From NCBI GenBank assembly GCA_000002445.1, contig AE017150.2:1-64000 (forward strand): DNA of 64,000 bases. The letters are read 5' to 3'. The notes beneath the pieces were generated by a model. That model was not told where the DNA came from. It saw only the letters and a program-made list of their open reading frames with translations, and did no database searches. Source of the stretch: Trypanosoma brucei (Eukaryota). Below, piece by piece: positions 61,399-64,000 of this stretch. A program made the translations under genes and the position numbers. Numbering within the stretch: position 1 is the stretch's first letter; each line of letters begins with the position of its first letter.

Positions 61399-63768
61399 TC
61401 AGGCAGCGGGGCCACCAGCAATAGCGTTTGGTTCATCCTGGGTGATCTCCTTAACAATATTCCCTTCCATCTTCACTTGAAACTGGTTGATTTTATTCCA
61501 CAACTCTGTAGTATGATCGCCTCTGCCCCCAACTGGTTCGCACTTCTGCCTCTCCTCGATTGGCTTGCTGTCACTGTACTGTATGTAAATCAGTTCCCAT
61601 TTCAAGTTTCTTGCGAGCTCATCCCATTCACCAAACAATTGTTTCATTGCCTTGATAAACTTATCTACCTTCTCTCGTGTCGTGTGATGCGTTGGTGCCA
61701 CTGTCGCCTGGAGCAGAACAATTGTTGTTGTAATGATCGCTCTTCCTTCTCTATCAACAGCTGGCTCAGTTACAAAGAAAAAGGCGTCCACAACGGGGAA
61801 ATTTCCCTGTACAGGTCGGTAGAAGCACCCGACCTCAATGTCTTGGCCTGTCGTTTCGGGGTTAAACTGACGAAGTGAAGTTGGAACACGTCCCACGGCA
61901 TTACCACTTGCCAGAACGGATACATTTGAATCCATTTCTTCTCCAACGCGAGGGAGATACCGCAGGTGCGTCACAATCGTCTGCACAACATTTCCCATCG
62001 TGAAGGCATATACGCCCACATTTTCAAATTCATCAGCGGCCCGCTCTTCTTTCCCACGAAAAACCTTTCGAAGGTAATTGTCTCGCATACATGCTGTGTT
62101 CGCCCACACTCTCAATTTCTGCTCAATATCAATGGAAACAGCTCTGTTTCTGCATTCTTCTCCATTCTCAGTTACAACCCGGACCAACTTAGCTAACATG
62201 TAAGTAGTCCCGTCCTGGCGCCATTGAACTCGACTATTCAGCACCTTCATGTAGTGACTATCATCGCCTCTACTGATTTCTGCCAGTGCCTCATTTATTT
62301 CTCTAACGCGGCCCTTGTAGCGTTTTTCACCTTCCAGTACTTGGCGGGCCAGTGGGCCCACCTTCTTAATCCATCCCAATGTTTTCTGCCATTCATTCTC
62401 AAGGTTTATGATGTGAGCTTCGGTGATTTTACTTTCCTCCAACTTCGACAGCCGCCTCCACGCAACCGCAGCCTTCAGTTCCACCTCTTCATAGCAATTG
62501 ATGCAAAGGAACTCGCAACCCCGTGGTTCCTTCCAGTCTTTGTAGTTATTTGGATCTGGAGATGTCAACACAATTACGGGCCACGCTCCCGGCAAGTCTG
62601 CGGGTATGGGTTGGTGCCTGTCTTTCCAAAAGTCGTATATAATGTAACCAAGACCTTCTTCTTCAACCAAGGCCTTAACAGCATCCAATCCATCTACTTC
62701 TTTTTCATAGAATACAACCTTTCTCGGATGATCATTTGTCGCCCTGAAGAAAATATATGCCTCGCCCTTCACAAAATAAGCGATATTCCGCAACCGCTCC
62801 GAATCGTAATGCAGCAACCTTTGGAGCAGGAACGAGCCAACACCAAATGATTTCCCAATACCTGGAGTGCCAACGAGGACGCAAGGAAACGGTTCTTCGA
62901 CCAGCTCTGGCCCTAACCACAAATCCAGCCTCTGCTTCACAAGATACCACACTCTCATTACCTCTCGACGAATGTACACATCCCGGTCAAACACATGGAC
63001 CTTTGGCTTTTCCTCACCCTCTTGAATCGCTCTTCGCGGAGTGCGGAAACGATTATATGGCCAACCCATTTGAGATGTGAGCACAGCAATCTCTAAATTA
63101 CCGTGACGAGGCAGTGGGTCGCACAAGTCATAAGGCGTGTGACTGACATTCACCTCCTCTTCTGTCCACAACTCGGGCTCGCCGTCACTATTACCCACCA
63201 CCTTCATGCCAAGAGGTAAATCATTGTGACCCGACTCCACATAACCCCACGTCGCATTGTATATGGATTCATATACTCCTTTCAGTTCGACACCATCAGC
63301 TGTTTGGTGAGCTCTTTTCCTTGCTTCTTTGGCAATGCGCAGTGCACTGTCCAACTTTGTCGCTGCCACGGGACCAACAAATTCCCTTATTTGCGCTGTT
63401 GCATTTTCTTCCCATTGGTGAATGTCTTCAATCCTATTACGAGGCAGATAAATAACTGCCCTCAGTAATTGAAACTCATCAAGCCGCTGTATCCTTCCTA
63501 GAAACTTGGCATTCACAATATAATCCTCCGGGCTCTGAACAAAGACACCCACTGACACATTAGAAGTGCCGAGGGTTTCACCGAAGTGATGATTCAAAAG
63601 GTCATGCAATTTCATATCCCTCAAACCCGCAAAGCGTTGAAGCAATACATCTTCAATAGAACTATTCATCGTCCATGTTGGTCCCTCTTCATCCCCGCGC
63701 AGTCTCTTGAGAAAACGCCTTGCCGCATGTAAGCCATCAGTATAGAAACGCCTTATTGAATTCCACAT
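61399..63768 (-). CDS. RHS: RHS protein, 789 aa, intact; near-identical paralog of 35798..38167
   Basis: ATG at 63766-63768 (MWNSIRRFYTDGLHAARR). VGTPGIGKSFGVGSFLLQRLLHYDSE, WELIYIQYSDSKPIEERQKCEPVGG. Confidence 0.9.
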   Translation of the reverse strand: MWNSIRRFYTDGLHAARRFLKRLRGDEEGPTWTMNSSIEDVLLQRFAGLRDMKLHDLLNHHFGETLGTSNVSVGVFVQSPEDYIVNAKFLGRIQRLDEFQLLRAVIYLPRNRIEDIHQWEENATAQIREFVGPVAATKLDSALRIAKEARKRAHQTADGVELKGVYESIYNATWGYVESGHNDLPLGMKVVGNSDGEPELWTEEEVNVSHTPYDLCDPLPRHGNLEIAVLTSQMGWPYNRFRTPRRAIQEGEEKPKVHVFDRDVYIRREVMRVWYLVKQRLDLWLGPELVEEPFPCVLVGTPGIGKSFGVGSFLLQRLLHYDSERLRNIAYFVKGEAYIFFRATNDHPRKVVFYEKEVDGLDAVKALVEEEGLGYIIYDFWKDRHQPIPADLPGAWPVIVLTSPDPNNYKDWKEPRGCEFLCINCYEEVELKAAVAWRRLSKLEESKITEAHIINLENEWQKTLGWIKKVGPLARQVLEGEKRYKGRVREINEALAEISRGDDSHYMKVLNSRVQWRQDGTTYMLAKLVRVVTENGEECRNRAVSIDIEQKLRVWANTACMRDNYLRKVFRGKEERAADEFENVGVYAFTMGNVVQTIVTHLRYLPRVGEEMDSNVSVLASGNAVGRVPTSLRQFNPETTGQDIEVGCFYRPVQGNFPVVDAFFFVTEPAVDREGRAIITTTIVLLQATVAPTHHTTREKVDKFIKAMKQLFGEWDELARNLKWELIYIQYSDSKPIEERQKCEPVGGRGDHTTELWNKINQFQVKMEGNIVKEITQDEPNAIAGGPAA

Positions 63769-64000
63769 TGCTAATGCCCTATTGTCTCGTTGTCTAGCAA
63801 CTGCAAAATTAAAGTAACGTATGAGGAAAATAATAGTGTGTAAATAATGTAAAATAATATCAAAAGTAATAGAGCGCCTTAATGTTTACTCACTATTGTT
63901 TGTATAATATGATATCATAATGTATTTGGTATTGAGAGGAACAATTTCAAAATATAGCAGCTGTAAATAAATATTTCCCTTGCTTCATCATCATGTTCTA

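Noticed and set aside
1-64000. Prokaryotic feature classes (CRISPR arrays, sigma-70 promoters, rho-independent terminators, operons)
   Set aside because: RHS and LRRP content, the AT-rich flanks and the polycistronic same-strand organisation identify this as trypanosome nuclear DNA. No direct-repeat/spacer array is present.

Overview
This window is eukaryotic DNA from a kinetoplastid, almost certainly Trypanosoma brucei. It is a tandem array of retrotransposon-hot-spot (RHS) genes, not a prokaryotic locus, so operon, CRISPR and promoter/terminator logic does not apply. Every identification below is by eye from the sequence and the supplied ORF track; no database search was run.

Gene content:
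- Seven long minus-strand ORFs of about 670-860 aa carry RHS hallmarks: a P-loop G(T/N)PGIGKS, the motifs LEIAVLTSQ.GWPY, VYIRRE..RVW and WE(I/L)IY(V/I)Q, and a Pro/Ala-rich N-terminus. Six are intact: 1683-4172, 25548-27572, 35798-38167, 46167-48743, 55836-58340 and 61399-63768. One is truncated and frameshifted (31015-32759).
- A further RHS N-terminal fragment (about 23780-24570) has a premature stop and is broken where intact copies continue into the P-loop. Directly at the break lies an ORF of five tandem C2H2 zinc fingers (22747-23829, minus). About 490 bp beyond that ORF is a T10 run on the plus strand, which is A10 on the element strand. Together these look like a retroelement-derived insert at the RHS hot spot.
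- A single plus-strand gene encodes a roughly 1,390-aa leucine-rich-repeat protein (LRRP/ESAG8-like, 11937-16118). The ORF-track start at 11850 is a TTG. The real ATG at 11937 follows a C12 polypyrimidine tract.
- A decayed pseudogene for the second-largest subunit of a multisubunit RNA polymerase (RPB2/RPA2/RPC2 family) lies at about 43150-45100 on the minus strand. It shows the motifs SAMGKQA.G, GYN.EDA and W-G-.-.P.-TPEG with frameshifts between them.

Repeat structure: the RHS genes sit in large segmental repeats.
- 1-7150 is re-used at 54145-60540.
- 35000-38250 is re-used at 60540-63790.
- A 2.2-3 kb AT-rich RHS 5'-flank repeat occurs six times.
- 41130-42480 is repeated at 50790-52170.
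- A second 5'-flank type occurs at 27573-28030 and 48744-49200.

Gene polarity implies a divergent strand-switch region at about 4.2-11.9 kb, which contains an anomalous GC-richer island at 7.9-11.7 kb, and a convergent strand-switch region at about 16.1-22.7 kb.

The starts given for CDS 35798-38167 and 22747-23829 are the first ATGs; the ORF track extended both through non-ATG start codons (GTG/TTG).
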